Positions 13,353 through 24,805 of a stretch of DNA of 64,000 bases are shown here, piece after piece. Each line of letters begins with the position of its first letter. Position 1 is the first letter of the stretch. Location of the stretch: NCBI RefSeq assembly GCF_009914755.1, contig NC_060928.1. One strand, 5' to 3'. Position numbers and translations under genes: made by a program. Source of the DNA: the human T2T-CHM13v2.0 reference genome, Homo sapiens. The notes below the pieces were generated by a model. The model was not told the DNA's origin. It ran no database searches and saw only the letters and a list, made by a program, of their open reading frames with translations.

Positions 13353-14259
13353 TTAAAGAGACTGAATATTTATTGTCTAGCTAGTTCATCAGTTTGGTTT
13401 TTATCAAAGCATAATCCTATAGAAAATTTATCTTTTTAAAATAAATTAGAAAACAGAATTTTAAAATGTGAAAAAAACTTGCAAATATTTAATGGAAACA
13501 ATTTTAATTTTAAGGTATCTTGCTCTTTTTTATTGCATCTTGCCCTAAGCCTAAGGATACCTAGCACTTAAAAATTATGATAGGACCGTAAAATATTGAA
13601 GCAGGAAGGCAAAGTGTAATGTAACCTTTTCCTTTATTTATTTCCTTTTCTCTTCTCTTTCCTTTTTAATTTTTTAATTTACATTTAATTTTTTTGTCCT
13701 CTTTTCCTTTCCTTTTGCTTTTACTATTTCACATTTAGTGGTAAAAATCATTAAAAAAATAAAATCTCCTGTAGTATATCGTGTACAATTAAATGGTCTG
13801 TTATGCTGAATAGGAATGGTCAGCTAGTACAGTTGACACATTTACCTTTCTCCCTGAAGAAACCTCTGAGATGTTCTTATAAACAATAGAAAGTAAAAGT
13901 GACAACATTTTTACCAAAGAGGCTTGTGTTATACTTGTTCAGCTATATAGCTTCGTTGGGAGATATAGAAAGCAAGCAAAGGCCAGACATAGTAATTTGG
14001 CATATCATGAGTATTAGATTTGGAGGCAGAGTGGGAACCAATTATTAAGAAAAAAATGTAAAAATATAATTGCTAATAATTTGTGAAAAGGTCTTAAGAT
14101 TGTACCATTCAATTACATTTCAAAGATATAAATGAATGATGAGAGAATGTATATACCTTGGCTAAAATCATGTGGTAGAAAGGAGCTTGGAATAATCACC
14201 TTGGCCTCAGCTGTAAAGACAGATTTTAGTTTGATGGTTTTATAATAAAGCTTCCTTAT

Positions 14260-14550
14260 AAAGTATAATGACAATATCAGAAATATTCTCAAGTATTTGA
14301 AAATTAAACTTTATACTTCTAAATAACACATAGACTGAAGAAAAAGTCTCAAGTGAAATTAAAAAATTAATTTGAACTAAATGAAAATAAAAATGCAACT
14401 TATCCAAATTTGTGGAACACAGCTAAAGACACTGTTAAGAGAAAGAAATGTCAGATAATTCACTTAGAGAAAATATTTGCAAACCACGCATTGGATGAAG
14501 AACTTGTACCCCAAATGTACAAAGAACTCTGAACACTCAACAATAGGAAT
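14260..14550 (+). mobile_element. Old L1M ORF2 fragments (endonuclease-end piece joined to C-terminal piece)
   Basis: gaactaaatgaaaataaaaatgcaacttatccaaatttgtggaacacagctaaag followed by gagaaaatatttgcaaacc...tacaaagaactc. Confidence 0.65.
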
Positions 14551-14725
14551 GCAGCCTTTGACAAAACAATCTAACTATATTACCACATACAAATAACGCA
14601 GCAATGGAATTAAGCAGAGAAAGTGCAATCCTGAGTAAGTCTGGAAATGAGGAGAGACTGCATGACTGAAGGCAATAGAAACTGTACATATGCACTGTTT
14701 TATAGCTTTAAAGTAGTTATGTACA

Positions 14726-15085
14726 TTTTTTCCTTCATTTGTAGGGACATGGATGAAATTGGAAATCATCATTCTCAGTAAACTATCGCAAGAACAAAAA
14801 ACCAAACACCGCATATTTCTCACTCACGGGTGGGAATTGAACAATGAGAACACATGGACACAGGAGGTGGAACATCACACTCTGGGGACTGTTGTGGGGT
14901 CGGGGGAAGGGGGAGGGATAGCATTAGGAGATATACCTAATGCTAAATGACGAGTTAATGGGTGCAGCACACCAGCATGGCACATGTATACATATGTAAC
15001 TAACCTGCACATTGTGCACATGTACCCTAAAACTTAAAGTATAATAATAATAAAATAAAATAAAATAAAAAATAAATAAAAAAAT
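14726..15085 (+). mobile_element. Young 5'-truncated L1 (L1PA3-like) 3' end
   Basis: ggatgaaattggaaatcatcattctcagtaaactatcgc...gcattaggagatatacctaatgctaaatgacgagttaatggg; A-rich tail; TSD aaagtagttat(g/c)taca at 14710-14725 and 15086-15101. Confidence 0.92.
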
Positions 15086-15144
15086 AAAGTAGTTATCTAC
15101 ACAGGACAGAATTCTGATGCTACCAGACGTATTTTGTTCATTTG

Positions 15145-16495
15145 TTTTGGAAAACTTGACAAATAAGTCAATAGCAGAGAAACGTATGTTTCTCACTGTT
15201 GGAGTGGGGTATTATATACAAGGCAGGAATGCTAGAATGATCTGTATGGTACTGCAGTGGAGCTGGGGAGACCAGTATGAACTAATGAATTGCTTAATGC
15301 AGTTGCAGATAGATACATACAGAAATATGTATACCTCTGTGTATAAACACATCTATTTCCTTGCTCAGATAGCTAAGATATCTGAAATAATAACATCCCA
15401 GGCATATTCGAATTGGAATTCGAAACCAGGATCTGGGCACTGAAATTGTGCAGACATTGGTTTCTAATTCGAATTCGAATATGACTCTTCAATAAAAGAA
15501 CTGTGTCTTCCTAAAGAAAGGGTGAATTTCAGGGAAAGGAATTTGCAATATGAGTTTGTGACATTCTGTAGTTCCAGAAAGTAAGGAAGTAATATGTTCA
15601 CACACACACACATGCAAAGGTGAAGGGATATATAAACAACTGAAAGAGCTCCCAGAGGCCAAAGCTAGAACAAATTGAGACATAAAATAATAAAGCAGTA
15701 TTAAATAATAACTCATATTATAAAATAAATACTCATAAGTCCATACTGATATAAATATATTGTTGAATAAATAAATAAATGGGGCAAATAGGCCAATACC
15801 TGTGCAGAAGAATTCCAGATACCCTGTAGAAGTACTCCCCATCAGGAAAGATGAAACATAACTCCTTATTCCTTACATGTATACCTCACACAGTTACTTC
15901 TTAAATGGAGTACAGTGTGAAGAGAGGGAAAAAAAGTAGCCTTAGAGTATTAAACCTGACAAACACTACCTTAGCCAGGTAGGTGATCATGGTTATCATC
16001 AACAATGGTAACATCAACAGTTGATAGTATGTACCCTTGTAATGAAGAAACAAGAATGGCAATTTATGTCTGTGGTGTTCCTCCCCAAAATACACAACTC
16101 CATTCTAATCATCAGAAAAACATCAGAAAAAAATCCAATTGAGAGGAATTTGACAAAGTACCTGACCAGTATTCCTCAAAATTGTCAAGATCATCAAAAG
16201 TAATGAATGTCTGAGAAATTGTCATAGCGTAGAGAAACTTAACCACATATGATGACTAAATGTCACACAGTAACCTAGTTGAGATCCAGGAATAGGTAAA
16301 ATGAATTACATGAAAACTAAGTCAATCTCAAAGTGTAGATTTAAGTTAATGATACTGGTGTATCAATAATGACTGATTTGTTCTGATAAATGTATCACAC
16401 TCTGGTAAGCTGTTAAGCATAAGGGAAACTGGGTATGGAGTATATGTCAACTCATATTATCTGTGTATTATTTCCATTAATCTTAAATATGCTCT
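15145..16495 (+). mobile_element. Old L1MC/L1MD-type 3' UTR
   Basis: gtagttccagaaagtaaggaag, gaaagagctcccagaggccaaagctagaacaa, aaattgtcaagatcatcaaaag, agggaaactgggtatggagtatatg. Confidence 0.7.
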
Positions 16496-16517
16496 ATTCC
16501 CATAAATCTAGTCTTAG

Positions 16518-16640
16518 ATGTATATATACACACACATATACACCTATGTGTTTATATATAAATCTAAAACACATATGTGTGTGAATATATATATATGTGT
16601 TCATGTATATGTGTCTGTGTGTGTATATATACATATATAA
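16518..16640. repeat. (TA/CA/TG) low-complexity dinucleotide tract
   Basis: Direct reading. Confidence 0.85.
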
Positions 16641-16704
16641 AAGCATTAAATAGATTGACTAAATGACCTTCCCTAAATAGGTTGTATAATCATCACTTCT
16701 GTTA

Positions 16705-16830
16705 ATTGTAGTTATGCAGTATGAATAAGTCTAGGTATGTATTGTACAGCATAAGTATAGTTAATATGTACTGTATACTGAAAATTTGCGAAGATAATAG
16801 ATTTCAGGTGCTCTTACCACCAAAAAAGAG
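16705..16830 (+). mobile_element. L1MA/MB 3'-end fragment
   Basis: gaataagtctag...tgtacagcat...tgtatactgaaaatttgc...agatttcaggtgctcttaccac. Confidence 0.65.
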
Positions 16831-17074
16831 AGAAAATCTAGACAATTTTCTTAATCCATTAATTAAGAAATACATTTAATCTTATATTAATCTCATTATA
16901 GAAGCATGAATTTAATTCCAATGTAGTTTATTTAAGAGAAATATACTTAGTTATGCATAATAGTAAATTATAAGAAAACAATTTTCTTTCAGATAGATAA
17001 CAACTGTGTTTTACCTGAATTGGCTAAAAAGGACTATAGGAAGACTGCTTCCATAAAAGTTAATATGGGACAGT

Positions 17075-18905
17075 GCAGGAAAATGGCGGACAGGAGGCAG
17101 GACTAACTTTCAGCTCTGACTCAGACGACAGTGTGTAGGCACCCACATCGTGAACTTTTGCACCAACAACCACAGGAACATACCAGAAAGCTGTGACCAC
17201 ACAAACCCTTTGAAGGTGGTGGATTGCCACTGCAGGCTCTGTGGGACAACAGAGGAACGGTGAGTCGGCTTGTTTTCTCAGCTGGGAGGCATGTAGCTGG
17301 GAACAATTTTTCAGCGCTGCTCAACGGCTGCCTGGAAGTGAACTTGCTGCTGTTGAGGGGGGCACAGTGGGAGTGAGACCAATCTTTTGGGCTATGGGCT
17401 GCATGGGAGCTGGATAAGGCCTACGGCTGCCAGCTTTATCTCCCTTCCCTGGTTACCCGTGTGACACAGCAGAGGCAGCCCTAATACCCCTGGGGACATA
17501 GCTCCACTGGCCTGGGAACTACACCCTTTTCTCCCACAGCAGCCTCAACAAGCCCTCCTCAAGGAGAGTCTGAGCTCAGATAAGCCTAACCCCGCCCCCA
17601 CCTGATGGTTTTCTCTACCTGCCCTGGTAGCTGAAGATAAACAACATAATCTCTTGGGAGCTCTATGGCCTTGCCCACTGCCTGACCCTCCCTATGCTAC
17701 TGCAACTGATGTGCTCTTGAAATCGCCACCTCCTGGCTGGAGGTCAACCAACACAAAACCAGCGCAGTTAACAAAAATACATCCAAGAACCTTCGCAGAG
17801 TCCACTTCACTCCCCTGCTGTCTCCACCAGAGCAGGTGCTGGTATCCATGGCTCAGAAGAGACCTGAAGACAAATCACATCACAGGACTCTTAGAAGACA
17901 CTCCCCAATACCAGCCAGGAGTCCAGTAGCTCTGCAGGGTGTCTAGATTCAGAAGAGAAACAGCAGCCACTGTAGTTCACCCCTCAGGAAGCTCCATTTG
18001 CTAGGGGAAAGAGGAGAGCGTTACATCAAGGGAGCACCCTGTGGGACAAAACAATCTAAACTGCAGCCTTTGAGTCCCGGATCTTCCCTAACATAGTCTA
18101 TCCAAATGAGAAGGAACTAGAAAATCAATTCTGCTAATATGACAAAACAAGGGTCCTTATCACCCCTAAAAGATCACACTAACTCACCAGCAGTGGATTA
18201 AAACCAAGACAGAATCCCTGAATTGCCAGAAAAAGAATTCAGAAGGTCAACTATTAAGCCAATCAAGGAGGCACCAGAGAAAGATGAAGTCCAACTTAAA
18301 TAAATTTAAAAAAAAAGAAACATGATATGAATGAAAAAATCCCCAGTGAAATGTATAGCATAAATAAAAAACAATCACAACTTATGGAAATGAAAGACAC
18401 ACTTAGAGAATTGCAAAATGCACTGGAAAGTCTCAGCAATAGAATCAAACAAGTAGAAGAAAGAAATTCAGAGCTCGAAGACAAGGCTTTCAAATAAACC
18501 CAATCCAACAAAGACAAAGAAAAAAGAACTAAAAAAATAAAGCCTCCAAAAAGTTTGGGATTATGTTAAGCAACCAGATCTAAGAATAATTGGTGTTCCT
18601 AAGGAAAAAGAGAAATCTAAAAGCGTGGAAAGTGTATTTGAGGGAATAATCCAGGAAAATTTCCCTGGCCTTGCTATAGATCTAGACATCCAAACACAAA
18701 AAGCTCAAAGAACACCTGGGAAATTCATCACAAAAAGATGATCACCTAGGCACATAGTCATCACGTTACCTAAAGTCAAGATGAAGGAAACAAGAGCTGT
18801 GAGGCAAAAGTGTCAGGTAACCTATAAAGAAAAACCCATCAGATTAATAGCAGATTTCTTAGCAGAAACCCTGCAAGCTAAAAGGGATCGGGGTCCTGTC
18901 TTTAG
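17075..18905 (+). mobile_element. L1PB-type 5' UTR plus disrupted ORF1; 3' part missing
   Basis: aaaatggcggacaggaggcaggactaac start; ORF1-like atgacaaaacaaggg...gaaaaagaattcagaagg...gaaaccctgcaagct, then an abrupt switch to non-L1 sequence. Confidence 0.85.
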
Positions 18906-19479
18906 TAAACAGTGTGACCATTGACCAAATTGGAGCATAAAATTATTTATGTTCTAATAGTTACTATAAATATCCTGTGCCTCAGTTTCCAAAAATTAAA
19001 ACACTGAGAAAAAATGTCATTTATTTTTATTTCTGAAAAATTGTCTTAGCTAATACATATAAAATCCTTGCAGTTAACAATCTACATCACTTTCCCATTA
19101 ATGACCAATTGATAAGAGGATATTGATACCATATGAACTTGGGTATGCACACATACGCATACACATCCTATATTGTTAGTCTGAATTCTGTTCTCACAAA
19201 ATATAACATTAAAAATGACTCAGTACCAAATAACTCTTAGACCTCAAAAGGTCCTCCCAAGCAGAACCCAAGGTGTGATGATAATTAGAGGCCCTTGGTG
19301 AGGAGGAAAAAAGTAGATCCTTAGTAAAGAGACTGGAACAGTGAAGGAAAGACAGACTACTCTTGAATCAGTGCCCTGTTTCAAAAGTACATCACTGATT
19401 GGATGAACAGAGAGAGATCATGCTCACAGAATTTGTGGATAACTAAGACTCAGAAAACTGGGTAACACTAATAATAAAT

Positions 19480-19605
19480 GAGGTTACTGAGGTTCAATGA
19501 GATTAACAGTTTTGCCCAAATTCTTACTTTTAATCTGTTGTAGAGAAGAAATTAAAATTCAGGTTACTGGATTTCTAGTTCATTATCTATTCCATCACAT
19601 CATAC
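19480..19605 (-). mobile_element. MIR fragment
   Basis: aaatgaggttactgaggttcaatgagattaacagttttgcccaaatt. Confidence 0.6.
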
Positions 19606-20737
19606 TCTGGGTGTTCATTATTGTACATGGGATAAAATATTTCAATAAATGACATTTAAAGTCCATTCCAACTTTAAGACTTTTATAATAGTATTTGACT
19701 TAATTGTGTTTTAATCCTGTCATTATCAAAAGATTGATTGCATGTGGTATAAAATATAGTATAAAACTAAATAAGTTTTTTTATAATTCCATAGTTTATA
19801 TATATGATTAGTATATTAATAAAATATCTGGTAAAATTACATATGCTTCTTTTGTATTGCCATAAGAAAAGTCTAGCCAGAAAAAAAAAAAAAAAAACGG
19901 TACACAAGTCAGGCCCAGCTGCCAGAAAGCATAATATATTGACTTAAATGATAAACATCATAATATCAATAAGAGAGTTATAAGAGATAGGCATTGTGAC
20001 ATCCTGTGACATCTGGTAAACAACCATAGTCACATAGCTCTGTTTGAAATTTGAAGCAACTTTAACTGATAATATTTATTTGCAATGGTAGAAAATTATC
20101 AGAATGCAATCTGGCACAATTACTGGCAGGAGATAATCTAAGAATCGAAACTTTAGCATTTCATTTAATGTGAAAATACAGTGTTAGAAGTTGTATTGAT
20201 ATTTTAATCTTGTGTCATACTAGAAATATTGCTAAATCTCTGTGATTCCTCTTTGCCATTTGCCTCACAGCAGAGGAAAAATTGCAGTTGATCTATTAAT
20301 AACTGAATAGACTTAGAAATACATTGTACTATCCCATTTAATGAGAAATGCTGAAATGACTTTAAAAGTGCTGTTGATTATATTTTCTGATATATTACCA
20401 TAGCAATGGCTTAGTTAAATGAAAAGTTAGATTGTGTTCATATTTTCACATTGAAAAGTTATTAGTCATGAAATCAGCAAAAAACCGTTTAAACTATATT
20501 TTGATATTTAGAAAAAAATATACAAACTAGTTAAAGTTATGTAAGCTTGTTGTCTACTATGAAAAACATTTTGTACATACTTTTTATAGGTCAATGGCTA
20601 TACCTAGGTGGCTGTAGCTTACACACTCAAACAGCCACAAAAACCTAACCTAAACAGCAGTAAGAAAACAAAAAAAAAAAAAAAAACATTTCAAATCTTT
20701 ACAAACAACTGATAGGGGGATAAAAGGGAATGCATAT

Positions 20738-21189
20738 TGTTATGAACTGAATTGTTTCTCCCTCCAATTTCATAGCTTGAAGCCTTAACCTCCAACGTGA
20801 CTATATTTGTAGATAGAGCCATTAAGGAGGTAATTAGGTTAAATGAGGTCCTGAGATTGAAGCCCTAATCCAATAATACCAAAGTCTTTATAAGAGAGGA
20901 AGAGGAACCAGAGCTTGCTCTTTCTCTTTGTCTCTCTCTAGCTCGCTCTTTCTCTCTCTCTCTCTCTCTCTCTCCCTCCCTTCACGTGTGTGCCAAAGGA
21001 AAGGCCACGTGAGAACACAACGAGAAGGGGTCATCAGCAAGCCAGAAAGGGAAGTTTCACCAGAAACTACATTTTCCAGCGGCTTGGTATTGGACTTCTA
21101 ACCCCCAGAACTTAGAACAAATGAGTTTCTGCTGTTTAAGTCACCCAGTCTATGATATTCAGTTATGGTGGTCCAAAAAGATTAATACA
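20738..21189 (+). mobile_element. MLT1A/B-type LTR with internal (CT)n
   Basis: tgttatgaactgaattgt...ttaaatgaggtc...gccctaatccaat...tgtttaagtcacccagtctatgatatt...taataca. Confidence 0.85.
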
Positions 21190-22164
21190 TATACTTACGA
21201 GAAGAAATCTCTTCTAAGTGCTAATATTACTTATGCAACAAATAAAAATAATCTATAAAAATGCATGATAATCAAACAAAAATTTGATATACATCCATAA
21301 CATCATGATGTACAACTTGATTACATTATGCAGATATGGTATAATCTCAGATAAATGTATTAGAAAACACTGTAAAAATTAATGAAGAAAGTAGTATATG
21401 TTCAGGGAAAAAAAGTAGAAAATTTGTATCTATTGATCTCTACAATTTAGCTTAATGAATTCATAAGTCATGTAGTAATGTAAATTATATCTATATATGT
21501 TTTCAAAAATATCAGTTGTAAACTATATCATTATATAAAATGTTGGTTCTTATGGGAATGTAATATAACTTTTTAATGACTGAAAAACAGTTACATTTCA
21601 GAGGTCATCTGGGACAATTATGTTTATATAACAATTTTATAATTTTTTTAGTTTTAATAGCTTCAAACTTTGCCCCAATTGCATGTTTTAAGCCTTATCA
21701 AATATGTGGGGGAAAAAAAGATTTGCCACAGCCTCACTATTTTCTAGCTATGTATTATCAAATACATTTTGAAATCTTACAAAAAATGATTATGTTTATA
21801 AAGCAAAATCTAACTGAGACAATACAAATTTCTGTTATAAATTGCTAGTAATTATTATAGAAAGATTAGAAAGCCAGATAATTCTGATTTCAAATTTACC
21901 TCTAAAATTAGAAAAGTTAAATCCAGAAATGTCAACATATCAATATTTGTATATCCATCTGTCTATCTATCCATCATATTTGAAATTGTCTAGTGTCAGA
22001 ATATCCTAAAGCATAAGGTTGCACATAAAATTGTGCATCATATTGTCATTAAACTCATATGGTCATTTGTTATGTTTTGTATTTGTTTCTATTGGTCCAG
22101 TTCCTGGTCATATAAAAAAAAATTTCATGACAGTCAGTTTTTCAGATTCTGTTATTAATTTATT

Positions 22165-22420
22165 TTAATTTATTTAATAAATAAATTAATTCCATGTGCC
22201 AGGAAGAGAAATTTGGAGGACAAATAGAGAACAATATGGATAGGCTCTTATATCTCATGAAGTTTTCTCCTTAATGAGACAGATTATTTCTGTCAGAAAT
22301 AATCTCCTTAATGAGACAGATTAATGCCACTAATCAAATAATCACATTAATCAAATAATTACACAGATAAATGTATAATTTAAAATTGAAATAAGTGTTA
22401 TGAAGAAAAACTACAGCTAC
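22165..22420 (-). mobile_element. L2 3'-end fragment
   Basis: atttaataaataaattaattccatgtgccagg...ataagtgttatgaagaaaa. Confidence 0.5.
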
Positions 22421-22702
22421 TGAAGCCTAGCTTTATGAAGTAAAAATGTGTAGCCAATTTACTTTCCTGAAAAATTATAACTTGTTACATTTTTATTCAT
22501 TTTAAATGCAATTTGTTTTAATGATATATATAGTTTTACTCTTCACTAACTTTACTGTTTAAAACAATACTTAGGGACAATTTTTATTTTGGAAATTACT
22601 CCTTAATGATATTATCAGCCGGAAAGTGTTAATGTAATTTCCAGTTGTGCCCAAGTTACCATGGAAGGGGATAGTTACAGATAATCTCTAGTAAATATCT
22701 TT

Positions 22703-23014
22703 TCCTTTTCCTTTTTTTTTTTTTTTTTTTTTTGAGGTAGAGTCTTGCTCTGTTGCCTAGGCTGGAGTGCATTGCCGCGATCTCGGCTCCCTGAAACCTC
22801 CATCTCCTGAGTTCAAGGGATTCTTCTGCCTCAGCTTCCTGAGTAGCTGGGATTACAGGTGCCTACCATCACGCTAGGCTAATTTTCATATTCTTAGTAG
22901 AGATGGGGTTTCACCATGTTGGCCAGGCTGGTCTTGAACTCTTGACATCAGGCGATCTGCCCACTTCAACTCCCAAAGAGCTGGGATTACAGGTGTAAGC
23001 CACCGCGCCCGGCC
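22703..23014 (-). mobile_element. AluS (Sx/Sz-like), full length
   Basis: Poly(T) then gagtcttgctctgttgcc...gccaccgcgcccggcc; TSD taaatatcttt. Confidence 0.95.
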
Positions 23015-24181
23015 ATAAATATCTTTAAATAAAAAAGTTACACACATGTGGCTTCATTTGCTTTTGTTAAAAGAATATTTAAATTCACCAAAAAATATGA
23101 TCTGTAATTAATACCACGGCTAATGATAAACCAGTTACACACTAAGTAAAGTATAAATTGTACTAGATAATCATTTGTAAGCAGGAATCGAAGGTGATCT
23201 TTGTAATTTATTTTTAAAAACCCTATATATAAATTCAAAAATATAACTATCTTTTAGACAAATAAGTCTAAGTAATATTTTTTACTGAATAATCCATATA
23301 ATTTAAATAAAAGTAAATGTGTTATTATACCCAGTTTTAATATTAAGAATAGTCTACAGATCTAGTTAAAATAAAACAATAATAGTCCTTGAAATCTTAA
23401 TGAAAATTTAATTTTTTTTAAAGATTTGATAAATATACTCACTATTAGGTAAGTTTTTCTCATTAATGGGAATCTGAGTTAACTACATCTGCTCTTTTTA
23501 AACCAGTTTTCAGACTAGAAATAAAAAAAGACATTTGCCTCCTAGGTACTTACCAATTTCATTAGAAATGATGGATTTTTTTGTGGTATAGAGATTCTTA
23601 GGTGATAAAAATACTGATTGCTTCTCCTTTCTAATATAGCAATAGTTCATGTCTTGGAACTACTTCTATTGTCAAAGTGAATAATATTTTAATATGTTTA
23701 GGTATGGCTTTATTCTTCCTTATAGAAAAATTGAATGACTTTTGACATTAAGAGAGTTTGCTATCAGTCACTGGAGTATTATTGTTGCCAAATCTATTTG
23801 ATAATGTATTTGAGCTTCAGGTGAGATTCTGGAAAAAGAAAACCAGAGGCTAAAATGTGCCCATTATAGCTCTCTCTCTCTCTTTGGGTGTTTGTGTAAG
23901 CCAAGAATCATACATTTTAGCAAAGCAGGAGAGCTTCTCGGAAAACGGGTCTTATCAGAAACTAGATTCGAAATTAGATTGTTTTTGCAGAGCTGTTTCT
24001 TAAGCATTTACGTTTGAGCTCTAGAAAGTATTTCAATGTAATATTCAAGCTTTTGATTTCTAAGCCTTGATGAACGCTAAGTAGCATCAGAATTGTCAGA
24101 TAAATTTTTACCAAACCACAAATACAGTTCTAAGTATAATTGTGTGCGTTAAGAGATTAAAATATATTGTAGTGCTGTGCC

Positions 24182-24805
24182 AATATTTATAGAGTTCATT
24201 TCTGTCCAAGCAAGCATTTGTTAATGATCTGGAGTACTTACTGTGTACTGTGTCCTGCATGTTGATAGATTCATTACAGACAATTTAAATAGGAGAAATG
24301 CCCTCCTGCCTCCCCCCCACAACCTGCCTGGCCATCCCTGTCTCAGGGAGCAGGTCACAGGTCACCACGGGTAATTCTAGCCTCCACTGGGGAAATGTTC
24401 CAACACCATGCTGGTTATTTTGGTAGCTGTAGTTGTAGGGTGTGTGTGTGCATGTGTGTGTGTGTGTGTGTAAGAGTGTGTGTGTGCGTGTGTGTGTGCT
24501 GTGACCACCCAGTCTTCATGGTATGTCCCACCCTGTCCCCAGATCTCCTATTACCTCCACAATAACAGAAACACTCCCAGGGATTCTGGGCAGAGGGTGA
24601 GAACAAATAACTGCTGTCACCCCAGAGGACAATTTTTAGTAATAAAATTGAGTGTCAAGTATTTTTTAAAAATTATAATAAATTTAATATAGAAAATTTT
24701 AATATTTATAGAGCTCATGTCTGTCCAAGAATGCATTTGTTAAAGATCTGGAGTATTTGCTATGAACAATGTCCTGAACATTGATAGATTTATTATAGAA
24801 AATTT
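24182..24805 (+). repeat. 105-bp direct repeat pair (24182-24286 and 24701-24805) flanking a GC-richer 414-bp segment
   Basis: Manual ungapped alignment gives 17 mismatches in 105 bp. Confidence 0.9.
24440..24499. repeat. Interrupted (TG)n microsatellite
   Basis: Direct reading. Confidence 0.9.

Noticed and set aside
19881-20686. Isolated poly(A) runs near 19881 and 20670 as retrocopy tails
   Set aside because: No recognisable upstream body and no convincing TSD.
24182-24805. Repeat-spacer-repeat layout as CRISPR-like or as the LTRs of a mini-retroelement
   Set aside because: There are only two long diverged copies in eukaryotic DNA. They lack TG...CA termini, PBS/PPT and an outer TSD. Kept only as a duplication finding.
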